A DNA stretch of 64,000 nucleotides, from contig NC_057718.1 in NCBI RefSeq assembly GCF_004010195.1, positions 50,298,450-50,362,449 of the forward strand, read 5' to 3'. The translations under genes were made by a program, and so were the position numbers. Of the stretch, positions 12,221 to 24,131 are shown piece by piece. The notes beneath the pieces are model-generated. The model did not search any database. It was given only the letters and a program-made list of their open reading frames with translations, and was not told the origin of the DNA. The stretch's first letter is position 1. Each line of letters starts with the position of its first letter. The DNA comes from Chiloscyllium plagiosum. Taxonomy: Eukaryota.

Positions 12221-15159
12221 TGATGTCAGTAAAACTATTAGTCTGATTGAATAGAAGTAGTTCTTTTTTTGACTTCAACATTCTAGTCATGTTCACTCTT
12301 TATCATGCGTAGCTGAGCATGTGTTCAGCAGCAGTAAAGCAATATTACATCGCACAGCACTATTTCAAAGAAACTTTTAAAAGAAACATACTTTCAAGTG
12401 AGTTGACAGTTAATGCCTATTAGTTATTGCAAGATTAATGCAAGTGTTTTTGGTGGTTGTGTTGTTATTTAAAGTTGATGCAACATACTGATGGCTTCAT
12501 TTCCAACTTTAAAGATTCTGCTTAAGCCAATTGCTTCTACTCACAGATACTGTTATTTCAATCATGTTGGCCTGCGGCATGTCAGGGAAAATGAACAAAG
12601 GTGATGTTGATGAGAACAATCTGCTCAGAGAGGGAGGAAGACAGGGTGAGAAGGGGTTCAGCAGGAGACCATGACTGTACAGGTTTGAAGCTTTTGAATG
12701 TTTGATGTTTTGTCTGACTTCACAGCTCATATAATATACACATGCCCATATGTGGAAAGTTAGTAGAGAATCATGAAACAAAAAGCTATGGTGTGGATGC
12801 TGTTGCCCTGAAGCCACTCTATGGTCTCTAGCTAAACAATCGCACCAACTTACCTTCACTCTGATCTGGACCAGCTACACATTACCTAGCCACAACACTG
12901 TAAGGAAGGCCACCGCAAAATGAACAATCCTAACTCTCTCAAGCTAACCATCCTCTATTTCATACAAAAGTTAATGAATCACCTGTTATTTCCATCATTG
13001 CCATGCTCCTTGCCTCTGCTAGTCCTTCTTCTTACTGCGACTCTGCACTGGCCGCAATGACTAATCAAAGATTAGCAACTTTCAGTTGGGATGGCTGCAG
13101 ATGGCTGCTTATTGGTGGACTTCAATCCAATTTCCAACAGCACCATCTTGGAATGGGTAACAGCAGAGTGACCTGATGGCTAGGGGTGTCGTGATTGTAG
13201 TGAGGTGCAGGAGGAAGTAAGTAGTTCATCCGTTAACCACTTGCAGCACAGCAACCAGATTATTTCTTTTTCATTCACAGGGTGCGAACAACGATGGAAA
13301 GACCATCATTTATCAACGCCCTTAAGAAAGGGTTAGTATGCTGCCTTCATTGTAGAGTGAGTAGAAAGTGGGATGTGTAAAGGAAGATTAAGGCATGAAC
13401 ATATTATCATCCTTCATGATCTCAGCCTCACTGGTGGCCGTGGCCTCAGACATGGTCATATGGATGATGGAGAACAATGTCTCCTGCCTCAGGATGAGGA
13501 CCTGCAACAGTGCCTATACTCTACCAGTTAAATGCTTTCATCTGTGTGCCATTTTGGCCTGCAAGAGGAAGCAAAGTAGGTCAGCAAGGGGCTGATGTGG
13601 CTGTCATTGTTAAATAGCTTAGCAGTATGTGCGAGCTGTGAATTGTGCACATGAGGCTTGCAGCAATGCTAAATGTTTAGTGAGGTGAGACATTAACATG
13701 ATTCATAGACGTTGTTACTCAGTGAGTGAAAGGGAAATGATGAATAAAGCAGTGTGTAAGCCTAACATTTCAGGACACACTCACTGACCTTAGCCATGCA
13801 TGTGGGATTACTAAAAGTTTTCCCAAACTACACTCAGGACCTGAAACCTCTGCCACTTGCCTTGGTAACAACAGATATCTACTTCACTATCTTTTCAGAT
13901 CTTGTTTGGAAAGTGTGTTGATCCATTATGGAGTGACAACTTTATCCCTTTTGTTCATCTCCTCTGGTACTGCTTCAGAGAAACTTAGAGCAGGATACCC
14001 TGTTGCACTTTTGCAAGTTTTTACAATTGAGTATTTTTTTCTTATCACTATAGCATGCTTGTAGATAATGCTATGTGGTAACCAGTGTGCACTTTATGAT
14101 TCTGAGCTGAGCCTCACAATATTTTTCCTTTAATAAGCTTAGATTTGTTAATAGTGTAAGTGACTTCACAGGCTAAATCATTGAAGATGGTAAAAAGAAG
14201 TAACATTAAAAAGTGTGAAATATTGTGCTTATGTGCATTGGTGGGTCATCTTCCATGTAACATATTCATGCCCTTGAAATCTCATCAAGTATAAAGATTG
14301 TCTTCAAAGCAGGAAAATAAAACACTTGTTGATTAATCGCAATGTCACTATTGATTCATTTTCCACATACGTTTATTTTTTCTTGGGATTGACAGATCAT
14401 TAAGATTGGCAGCTAAGAAATAATTGTACTTCCAAAAAAAGATAAGGATTGATCATAACATGAGCAAGATCTTGTCTCCTTTTCTAATATTGTGGTCAAT
14501 AACTTGCGGGATAAACAATACAACTCATTGCATTACTAAGACTTTCAAGTCTCAGTTTCTTAGCTCCAATTCCCAAGATTGCTCCTGATGTTCCCCAAAT
14601 ATTTCCTGTGTTGGAGATATGTCAAAACCAAGCCTTCACCGATGTCATTACTGAAGTTTTTACAACAAGCACCAAGGCCAGTTATTCACTGCTTCCATAA
14701 AAGTTAACATCATGTCAGGGTCTTCATTTCCACTTTCCCTCAGCTATGGGAACTCTCAGCTCTCTGGCTCATCAGTGGATGTGTGCCATATCCTTGAAAT
14801 ACTTGTCATTGTTAAGAAACCTTTGAAAAACAAATTGTTTGTGTTTTCTGAAAGACTACATTTCAGGAAGATACAAAAACATTTGCAAGTTTCACAAGCC
14901 ATCATGATTCACCAGGCTGATCACTTATAATTGTGATACAGATCAACTCTAATCCTTTTCTCTGAGAGATCTGTACTCCAGAAGTTGAAATTTGATATTG
15001 AGCAGCCAGTATCCCAAGTTGAGCTTTATCCTTTCATACAGGATTTCAACACCAGAATCAAATATAATTATGAAGCAAGATTATTTGAATGTTTTTCCAA
15101 CAAACTCTTGATACAGCTATCTTTTTCAATTATATCTATTTGCACTTTATTAAATTTAA

Positions 15160-15460
15160 ATTAGGCTTCCTACAGTGCAGAAACAGGTCCTTTGGCCAAA
15201 CTAGTTCACACCGACTCTCCGAAGAGTAACCCACCCAGACCCATTTCCATCTAACTAATGCACCTAACATTATGGGCAATTTAGCATGACCAATTCACCT
15301 GACCTGCACATCTTTGGATTGTGGGAAGAAACCGGAGCAAACCCACCCAGACACAGGGAGAATGTGCAAACTCCACATAGACAGTCACCTGAGGCTGGAA
15401 TCGAACCTGGAACCTGGTGCTGTGAGCCATTAGTGCTAACCACTGTGCCACCCTACCACA
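15160..15460 (-). mobile_element. HE1-type tRNA-derived SINE
   Basis: Reverse complement of ggtggcacagtggttagcact...gtggagtttgcacattctcc...ctgtttc..cactgtagg. Confidence 0.9.
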
Positions 15461-17679
15461 CAATTCACTTTATAACTGTCAATATTGTGATATTGGTTTG
15501 TTTATGACTGTAAGATAAATAACTTTTCATTTGTTATTGTTATTTTCATCCGTGTATCAGTGAAGCTGTTTAGCAATTTTGTTACCATGATATATAGGAC
15601 ATTGGGTTAGCTTTCTTGGAATTGTACAATTGAGGAACTGTAAGGTAGGGAGCTAAAGCTGGGATTTAAACAGAGATATAAAAGAGACTGAAAGAAACGT
15701 TGTCAAAATATTGTGCCTAACTATCTGACAAGAATTTAAATCTGAAGAAACAGAACTCCATATTTGCGAGATTTAATTTTCAGTGTCAGAGAGGCTGTTT
15801 CACAATAGTTATGACTTAGCATGCCAATACAAAAATCAATTACAATGAAATGGACAAGCCTCAATTCTTTCCAGCCTGTTTAATTTACATTTAGTAGGTA
15901 AAGTACCTCACATTCAAGCTGTTATACATATATGCATGCCAAGTCCTTTGACGAGATATTGCAGCTCCCAAGTACACACCTTTATGATTTTTGAATTTAA
16001 TTTCTACATTCAGATATTGTGAAGTGCTCTGTGATTTACCGATAGACTGATCACTGTTCACTTCACCATTATTCCTGCCGTAATATCCAGTCAATAAATG
16101 TGATCCATCAATGTGGCACTCAGTGTTATTATCTTAATTGGCTTGAAATAAGTACCTAAGTACTGCACCTTGTTCCACAGAAATGTTTAATTTTTCTTAG
16201 TAATATGAGAGAGATACTTGTTCTGCAACTTGTGATTTGTGCTTGTACGCCAATGTGGCTATTGGTTAGGTTTTCATTCAATCAGCTTATACAGTAATTT
16301 GATGAGTTGACTTGATGATGAAATTGGTGGACAGATTTTTGAGGAGTCTGGAGATGAGTTATTTCCCAGAAATATTCCCAGCATCTTAGTTGCTCCTGTA
16401 GCCAAAGTATTTATGTAATTTACACTCTTTAGTTATTCAGGGTCGGACCCTAGCTGGTGGAATGGTAGACTGGGAAAATACCGGCCTATAAGGTTACAGA
16501 TCATGGTTGAATACAATTCTACGCCTGGCATTAGACCACTGCACTCACGGACACCCAGTGTTGAGTTTCTATGTCTGTTTGAAGTCTGTTCCATTTTGCA
16601 TGGAGATAACGCCACACAATATGATGTAGGGTACAATGGTGGGTCAGAATGCCAAGGTACCACAGCCTTTTTAACTTGTAATTCCAAAATATGTTTGTTT
16701 TTAAAGAGAGCTGATATAGCCAAAAATGGTTGCAAATATAAATCGGCAGTCTAGGGAGTGATGTAACACCTAAAGGTGGCAAAAAATATCAAACAGCCAG
16801 CTCTGTGATCTCTTGAGATACAAAGATAACAAGGGACTAATGACCTGCTGCTTAAAAGCAAGCCACCTTTGCGAATTACATCTTAAACTGCAGACACTTT
16901 TCATTTTTAATTGAAGAAGAATGCACAACTGATTGAAAAAAACAGTTCTGAAGCTGCTGGAATGGCTGAGTGGGACTGAATGACTTTGTGTGTACCACTC
17001 AGAGTTTGAGAGTCAGCAGGCTATGAAGGTCACAGTTGAAGAGCTATTCCCTAGTCACCCTTCTATCAGGTCAAGGAAAACCCTTTCTTATTCTGAGTGC
17101 GACAAACTAATTACACATGGAACTCAGACAAAAGAATTTTCAGCAGTGTACAAAATCAGAAATCTCACATATTCAGCTGCTAACATTCACCTTACCTGCA
17201 CAACCCAATAAAGGCCACAATAATGCTTTAACTGCTTTTCAGAAACAATTCAAAGATTGATCTGTAAAAGCTATCTTTTGTTGCTTCATCTCTCTTCATC
17301 TCGGAGCTGAACAGTTTGTGGTATTCTGTCCTTGAGGAACCTTCTCCAAGCTTTACAAATTGAGACTCCAGCTGCAAATTGAACCCATCTTCGAAAGAAA
17401 AGTATGAGTGAGTCAATTGTCATTTGAAAATAATTTTAAAGGAAAAAACACAGCAAAGGTCTTTTGTGAATTTTCATTGCAATATGTTAGAAATGTCTGC
17501 ATCTGATGTTAGTGAATTCTTAAAAGAAGTATGGGAGGATACTTTTGAGTATTTAACTGGTCTGTCCCTCAAACAAATAAAATATTTAGGATTAGTATTT
17601 TACCTAAAAACTAAAATACCTCAGGCATGTAAAATGTACTGGTCAATGGTTAACAAATGGAAATAGAGGGTGATGAAAG

Positions 17680-18355
17680 GGATTATCATAACCACCATCA
17701 TCATTGGTGGTCCCTTGCAAATGAGGATAACTCTCTTCCATCCTCAGGATGAGACCATACATAGCTGGACAGACCAGTGTGGCATCTGCAGGCTCTGTTG
17801 TACTGGGGTTGAAGGTGGCTGGAGGATGGGATGAGTGGGGTGTTGTTGTAGCAGCACGCACCTTTCATTGTTTTTCCTGGCCTCTGCTTTTCCCGAAATC
17901 AAGCCTTGAGGTGCTCGACGCTTATCCGACTGCTCCTCCTCCACTTTGGACAGTCTTGGGCCAGCAATTCCCAGGTGTCAGTGGGAATGTTGCACTTCGC
18001 TAGCGAGGCCTTCAGGGCATCACTGAAGCATTTCCTCTTTCCACCTGGGGCTTGCCTGCCCTTTTGGAGCTGGAAGTAGAGCACCTGCTTGGGAATTCTC
18101 GTGTCAGTCATGGGGATTATGTACCCAGACCACCGTGGCCAATCAAGGGCGGTCAGTGCCTCGATGCTGGGGATGTTGGCCTGGTCAAGGATGCTGGTGT
18201 TGGCACATCTTTCTTCCCAGTGGATTTCCAAGATCTTGAGCAGGCAGCATTGGTGGTCCTGCTCCAGCATTTTGAAGTGTTTGCTGTAAATAGTCCATGT
18301 TTCAGAGCCACATAGGAGGGCAAGAACCACCACAGCTCTGTAAACCATGAGCTTG
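17680..18355 (-). mobile_element. RTE-clade (BovB-like) LINE 3' fragment
   Basis: ORF 17899..18348: VYRAVVVLALLCGSETWTIY...RWSGYI..MTDTRIPKQVLY.QL..G.Q.PGG.RK.F.DALK. Confidence 0.88.
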
Positions 18356-18704
18356 GATATAATGGTAAAGAGATTAAAATTGAAACAGTGGAAATTAGAA
18401 TGTTAAATTAAAAAAAGAGAAAAGAAGAAAGAGATGGGAAAGTCAAGAAAGAGCAACAAAAGAAGCATATTTCAGGATAAATTGTGGGAAAAAGGACCTG
18501 AACTAAGTCAGCTCAAGCAGAGAAGTGAGAAATCTTACCATGTTCCATGAGGACACTACTGGTTCAGACTGGAGGGTGATTACAACTCAGTTTGAGCAAT
18601 TAATTTCCACATTTAAGGAAACAAAGAAATAAGATTTCTTTACTTTTTTCAAGCAAGTGGCACAGCAGTTAAAGTGGCCAGTCCAATACTGGTGATTATT
18701 GCTG

Positions 18705-18796
18705 TCGAGAGTGTGGTGTTGGAAAAGCACAACTGGTCAGGCAGCATCCAAGGAGCAGGAGAATCAATGTTTCAGGTATAAGCCCTTCATCAGGAG
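18705..18796 (-). mobile_element. Short PLE-terminus fragment with degenerate hammerhead motif
   Basis: gagtgtggtgttggaaaagcac...gagaatcaatgtttcaggtataagcccttcatcagga. Confidence 0.7.
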
Positions 18797-19569
18797 CTTT
18801 TGGGGAAAGAACATGAGTATTACCTTTTTTTCTCTGAGGGATGGGCCACTAATTACAAGGCAGTTCAAACGTCTGCCTGAAGTGCATACCAATTAGTGCC
18901 AGCAGCAAATCAACATTTTGAAGCCTCAGGAAACTGCCTGACTAAATTAACTTGGAATTTGAAAGACTTAAGCATCTTGCTTTTAACCAATGAATTGGAC
19001 ACTTTAGATGGAAACTTAGTCTGTCAGCCAATTCTCATTCAGGAGTTCACAAACTCCATCCCCTTCCCAATATGAATGCCTCTCAATGAACAGAGAGTGA
19101 CTGGATTCAGGCAGCCAACCATATGGACTGATGATTCTGAGCCAATCCACAAATCCTTGTTCACAGAAAATCCTTCCCCAGTCATCACCAACCAACCAGA
19201 AAGTATAGAAGTGGGAAGAATGTTAGGAAGCTAAGGATCGCTAGCAGAAAGAGGAATGCTGGGAACCCTCTTCAGGTGGCATTGAGATGAAGGTAAGGCC
19301 AAGAAACATGCTTGCTTTAACCATTAAAAGTCAAGTATACTTGAGTCAAGCGTTGGATGCTATGAAAAATATCCATGAGATTTATCAGTGTACATATATC
19401 CCATGCAGAGTACAGGAGTTAGTCAACAAGCATGGCAGATGAGGTCATGGCTCTGACTGCAGCTGCAAATCTCTGTGAAGGCAATTCTGAGACTGCGGAT
19501 CAGGTTCAACACGTTCCTTAAAGTTACCAGGGTTATATAAAGAAATGGTGGCCAGATTGGGGGGGGGAA

Positions 19570-19860
19570 TGGTGGTGTGCTGGTAATGTTAATAGACTGA
19601 CATTACTCTCAGGATAATGTTCTGTGGATGTGCTTTCAATTCAGATGAATAAGATTGAATCTGAATTCAATAAAAATCTATAGTGACATTGGTATCAATA
19701 CCAATTGTCAAAAAAGCCTATCTGGTTCACTAATGTTCATTAGGAAAGGTAACTGTCATCCTTACCTAGCCTACACGTGACTCCAGAACCACAGCAATCC
19801 GTTTACTCCTAAGTACCCTCTGGTCCATTGGGCAAGGGCAAAACCCACATTTTATGATAA
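19570..19860 (+). mobile_element. Older SINE-like repeat (second family)
   Basis: ctggttcactaatg...catccttacc...gcctacacgtgactccaga; related copies at ~30590-30710 (-) and ~59790-60030 (+). Confidence 0.6.
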
Positions 19861-20662
19861 ACAAAAGATTTCCCCAGGGTGACAGCAGGCAAGACTGTAG
19901 TGGTACAGAGTGTTAGCAGAGCTAGTCAAACACTACTGCTGGGAAACCTTCCCACCAAAGAATGCAGTAGAGGTCAAGGTGCAGGGAAAAGGGATTGCAG
20001 GACAGTCTATCCTCTTTTACCTAGTGTATCTGGACAATGACCTTATGTTGGGAACAGTATCTGTGGGATATTTACTAATTTGCCTTGAGATGCAATTGAC
20101 CTGCTCCTTGGCAATGACCTAGCAGGATTAAAGTCAATAACAGCTCCAGAGGTCTTCAAGAAACTCATTGATGGCTGGGAGACCAAACAGCTGCAGGAGA
20201 AAATGTCTGGCATTTTTCCTGACTTTGGTCAAACAGTCTATGGCTAGACAAGCTTGGCTGGTGGAGGATGAGATGGCGCTGCGATCAGGTGATGCTCCAA
20301 TCTGGTTACATATTACCATTTTTGGGAGTCACAACAAGACCCCAAGGTGGTAATAAATAGAACATCCTTTGCAGCAACCCAAAAAAGTGATCCACTGTTG
20401 TTATTTAAAGCAAAGTGTCAGTGAGGAAATGCAGAGTCTCTCACGGGCCTGCAGCTGAGTGAGTGGACAGTGACCCATCAGGTAGTGGCAGTTGCTGAAA
20501 TGCCGTATGGAAATTTTAGGGCCAACGTAGAATGTTTCAGTGGCTGGGCGTTGATATACGCAGAAACCCAATACTGCATTAGCAGCATTGTTACTGCCCA
20601 CAGTTCCATGAGGATGTAGCAACCTTTTGCAGAACTTGCCACGGGATGGGAGAAAATAAGAT

Positions 20663-20944
20663 CGGCACGGTTAGCACTGCTGCCTCACAGCATCAGGGTC
20701 CCAGGTTCAATTCTTGTCTTGGGTGACTGTCTATGTGGAGTTTGAACATTCTCCCTGTGTCTGAGTGGGTTTCCTCCCACAGTCCAAAGATATGCAGGTC
20801 AGGTGAATTGTCCATGTTAAATTGCCCATAGTGTTAGGTGCATTAGTCAAAGGGGAATGGGTCTGGTTGGGTTACTCTTCAGAGGGTCGGTGTGGACTTA
20901 TTGGGCCGAAGGGCCTGTTTCCACACTGTAGGTAATCTATTCTA
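20663..20944 (+). mobile_element. HE1-type SINE
   Basis: ggttagcactgctgcctcacag...gggcctgtttccacactgtagg. Confidence 0.9.
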
Positions 20945-21073
20945 AGATCTGAAGCAATGGTGGCCTTCTGGAAATCATTAGGCAAGTGCTAGTTGACTCT
21001 GTGGAACTTCTACAAGAATCAAAAGGGGTATTCTTGTTATCCTTCCTTTCACAGATGCTGCTACCTTGAGAAA

Positions 21074-23164
21074 TCAACACACCAGGATGCTCCATTGTAT
21101 CAGGCAATGGGACCCTGTGTGAGAACCTCTCTGGCTGTCAAAGGCATCTTGAAACCCATTGTACAGGGGACCCCAGCTTCTAACATGACACTACAGATTT
21201 CTTACAGAAACTCAGCACCTATGACTAGTCAAACAGGGAACATTCCTCATCAAACGGACGTTTCAAGATTCTACACCAGCATGCCCCACAATTACGGTAT
21301 CACGGCAACAGCCTCAGTACTCAACACCAACAACTGCCAATCTCCGAGCACCGTCCTACAACTCATCCGCTTCATCCTCGACCACAAAGTTTTTACTTTT
21401 GACAACTAGTTCTTCATACAGACATGCAGGACAACCATGGGAACCAAATTTTCACCCCAAAATGCCAATATTTTCAAACACAAGTTTGATGGTTGACTCC
21501 ACAACCATCTGATGAAGGAGCAGCACTCCGAAAGCTAAAGCTTCCAAATAAACCTGTTGGACTATAACCTGGTGTTGTGTGATTTTTTAAGTTTGAACAA
21601 AACTTCTTTGCTGCACAGGACTTCCAATCAATACTATACACCAGATATATTGATGACATTTTTGTCCTCAGTGAGGAGTCACTGAAACAATCCAGTAGTT
21701 CCTGGGAGCTGAAGAACAACGCCATGTTCTTCGCAGCTTACAACACCTTATCGATGACGGTGAGCATCTCGCCAAGATGCCCCTACACCTCCACTTCTCA
21801 CCTATAAACAACGGCCAACAGACGATTGTTCCCAGCCTTCAGGACAACATAGAACACAACATCGTACAACCCTGTCATGTCAACCACTGCAAGACATGTC
21901 AGAGTGTCAACACGGATACCACCATTAACTGTGAGGACATCAACCCCTGTATATGGGGCAGGTACTCATGTGACTCATGTGACATGGCCAATGTTGTCTA
22001 TCTCATATGCAGCAGGCAAGGTTGCCCTGAGGCATGGTACATTGGTGAGAACAAGCAGATACCACAACAACAGATGAATGGACACTGCACAACAATCGCC
22101 AGACAGGGGTGTTCCCTGACAGCTGGGGAACACCTTCAGCTGTCAGGGACATTTTGTCTCGGATCTTCGGCTGACCATCCTCCAAGGAGAACTTCGGGAC
22201 AGGCAACAATGCAAAGTGGCCAAGCAGAGGCTGATAGCAAGTTCAGTATGCATGAGGATGGCCTCAACCGGTTCATGTCACACTACAGGTGACCCCACGA
22301 CACTCTATACTTTCTCACACACACACACTCTTACATACTCACACACTCACACAGACCCTCTCTCATACACATGCTCTCTCTTATACACACACACATACAC
22401 CCCACCACACTCACACTCACTCACATAGCCTCTCCCTGGCTTATGCCCCATCACACTCACATACACACTTTACCAAGCTTGCACACACGCAAACACACAC
22501 TCTCACATGTGCATGCACACTCACACTCATATGCACATTCTCTCTCTCTCTCACTCTCTCTCTCTCTCTCTCTCTCTCTCCCCCTCTCTCTCTCCCTTTC
22601 TCTCAAGCACACACACATATATGTCTTTGGGGTGAATTTGTATTTGCAGAAATATACTTGCAGATACAATCTATTCTGCTCAAAAAATGCACAATCCGCA
22701 GACAGTCAATGCAGGCAGTCAATCATTGTGATATTTTATAAATTCCTACTTTGGAAATAGAACCAGTCTGACTCAAGATTGAGATACAGATAAACTCTAG
22801 CCTCACACCTTTAATACATTGTCTGAGCTGAAATATTACCTTTTGTTATAAAACCTTAAGTTATCTCAAGAAGGTGATTTAAAAGAGTTTCTGGGATTTG
22901 CATAATAATGAACTGAAACCTGCAATCCATTCTAAAAGATTAAAGACTTAACGATCCAGGTTTGTTCAATGTATCACTGTATGACACTGTAATAATTTGC
23001 TGTAATTTCTATGTTTTATGATCTTATATTCCAGAGCCACCTGATGAAGGAGCAGTGCTCTGAAAGCTAATGCTTCCAAATAAACCTGTTGGGTTATAAC
23101 TTGGTGTTGTGTGATTTTTAACTTTGTAAACCCCAGTCCAACACCGGCTCCTCCACTTCATTGC
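21074..23164 (+). mobile_element. Penelope-like element (RT, GIY-YIG, pLTR), decayed
   Basis: RT motifs DVSRFYTSMPH, MGTKFSP, YTRYIDDIF; GIY-YIG NVVYLICSRQGCPEAWYIGE; CA/CT microsatellite 22315-22620; pLTR hammerhead CTGATGA at 23041; direct repeat CCTTGAGAAA at 21064-21073 and 23165-23174. Confidence 0.9.
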
Positions 23165-23599
23165 CCTTGAGAAACACATCTGCTAAAACAATAATGACAG
23201 AATGGACCCAATTCTGTCTGGTCCTCCCACTGAAATTTAGTCAGATTAGGGTTCATATTTCATGTCCAAAATACTCCAGGTAGTCAATGGAAACATGGGT
23301 ATGACCTGGCAGAAGTTTTCAGCATATCATCCACTGTCACAGGTGACTCTAGAATAGTAAAACCAGAACTTAAAAACAGTGATGAGGACATTGAGTACCT
23401 CCATGGAGATAAAGAAATAGATTATCATCTGTTCTCTACCAGAGACTCTCCAAAGAGTTGTCCTCCATTTGAATTAGTTGAAGAGCATAAGAGCAAGGAT
23501 CTCTAAAGCTCATTAGGAAATGGTTTTTCGAGTAGAAGGAGAGAATCTCCATGGTTCAATAATTTAGCAGAATTCCAAGAGTGACTCTTATGAGCCTGT

Positions 23600-23820
23600 T
23601 AAGTGACCTGAGAACACTTGGGAGCGTAGGAGGCTGGGGGGAGGGTGGATTTATAGAGGTTAATAAAATTATGAGGGGCATAAGTTTAGGTGAATAGGCA
23701 AGATCTTTTCCCCAGGGTAGGGGAGTTCAAAACTAGAGGACATAGTTTTAATTTGTGGAAAGTGAGAAACAGGCTGATAGACCCAAACAGGTTGATGTTA
23801 AGAAAGAAGATGTGCTGGAA
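23600..23820 (+). mobile_element. CR1 fragments
   Basis: ttatagaggttaataaaattatgaggggcata...aaaactagaggacatagttt, homologous to 76-170. Confidence 0.7.
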
Positions 23821-23831
23821 ATAAAAAAAAA

Positions 23832-24131
23832 GGGCGGCACGGTGGCACAGTGGTTAGCCCTGCTGCCTCACAGCGCCAGAGACCCAGGTTCAATTCCCAC
23901 CTCAGGCAACTGACTGTGTGGAGTTTGCACATTCTCCCCATGTCTGTGTGGGTTTCCTCTCACAGTCCAAACACGTGCAGGTTAGGTGAATTGGCCATGC
24001 TAAATTGCCCGTAGTGTTAGGTGAAGGGGTGAAATGTAGGGGAATGGGTCTGGGTGGGTTGCGCTTTGGCAGGTCAGTGTGGACTTGTTGGGCCGAAGGG
24101 CCTGTTTCCACACTGTAAGTAATCTAATCTA
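23832..24131 (+). mobile_element. HE1-type SINE, near full length
   Basis: gggcggcacggtggcacagtggttag (A box)...ggttcaattccc (B box)...ctgtaagtaatctaatctaa tail. Confidence 0.92.

Noticed and set aside
12546..12830. Exon-like segments, including WLQGNSIHTI and a GTGAGT donor
   Set aside because: Phases are incompatible with exon 1 and in-frame stops follow
13260..14000. Possible Harbinger Myb/SANT-like remnants (also ~27300-27960 and ~39350-40980)
   Set aside because: Too decayed to show a diagnostic motif by eye
22216..22760. His/Thr/Leu/Ser-rich ORFs (also 58764-59080)
   Set aside because: Translations of CA/CT/GT microsatellites within PLE 3' regions
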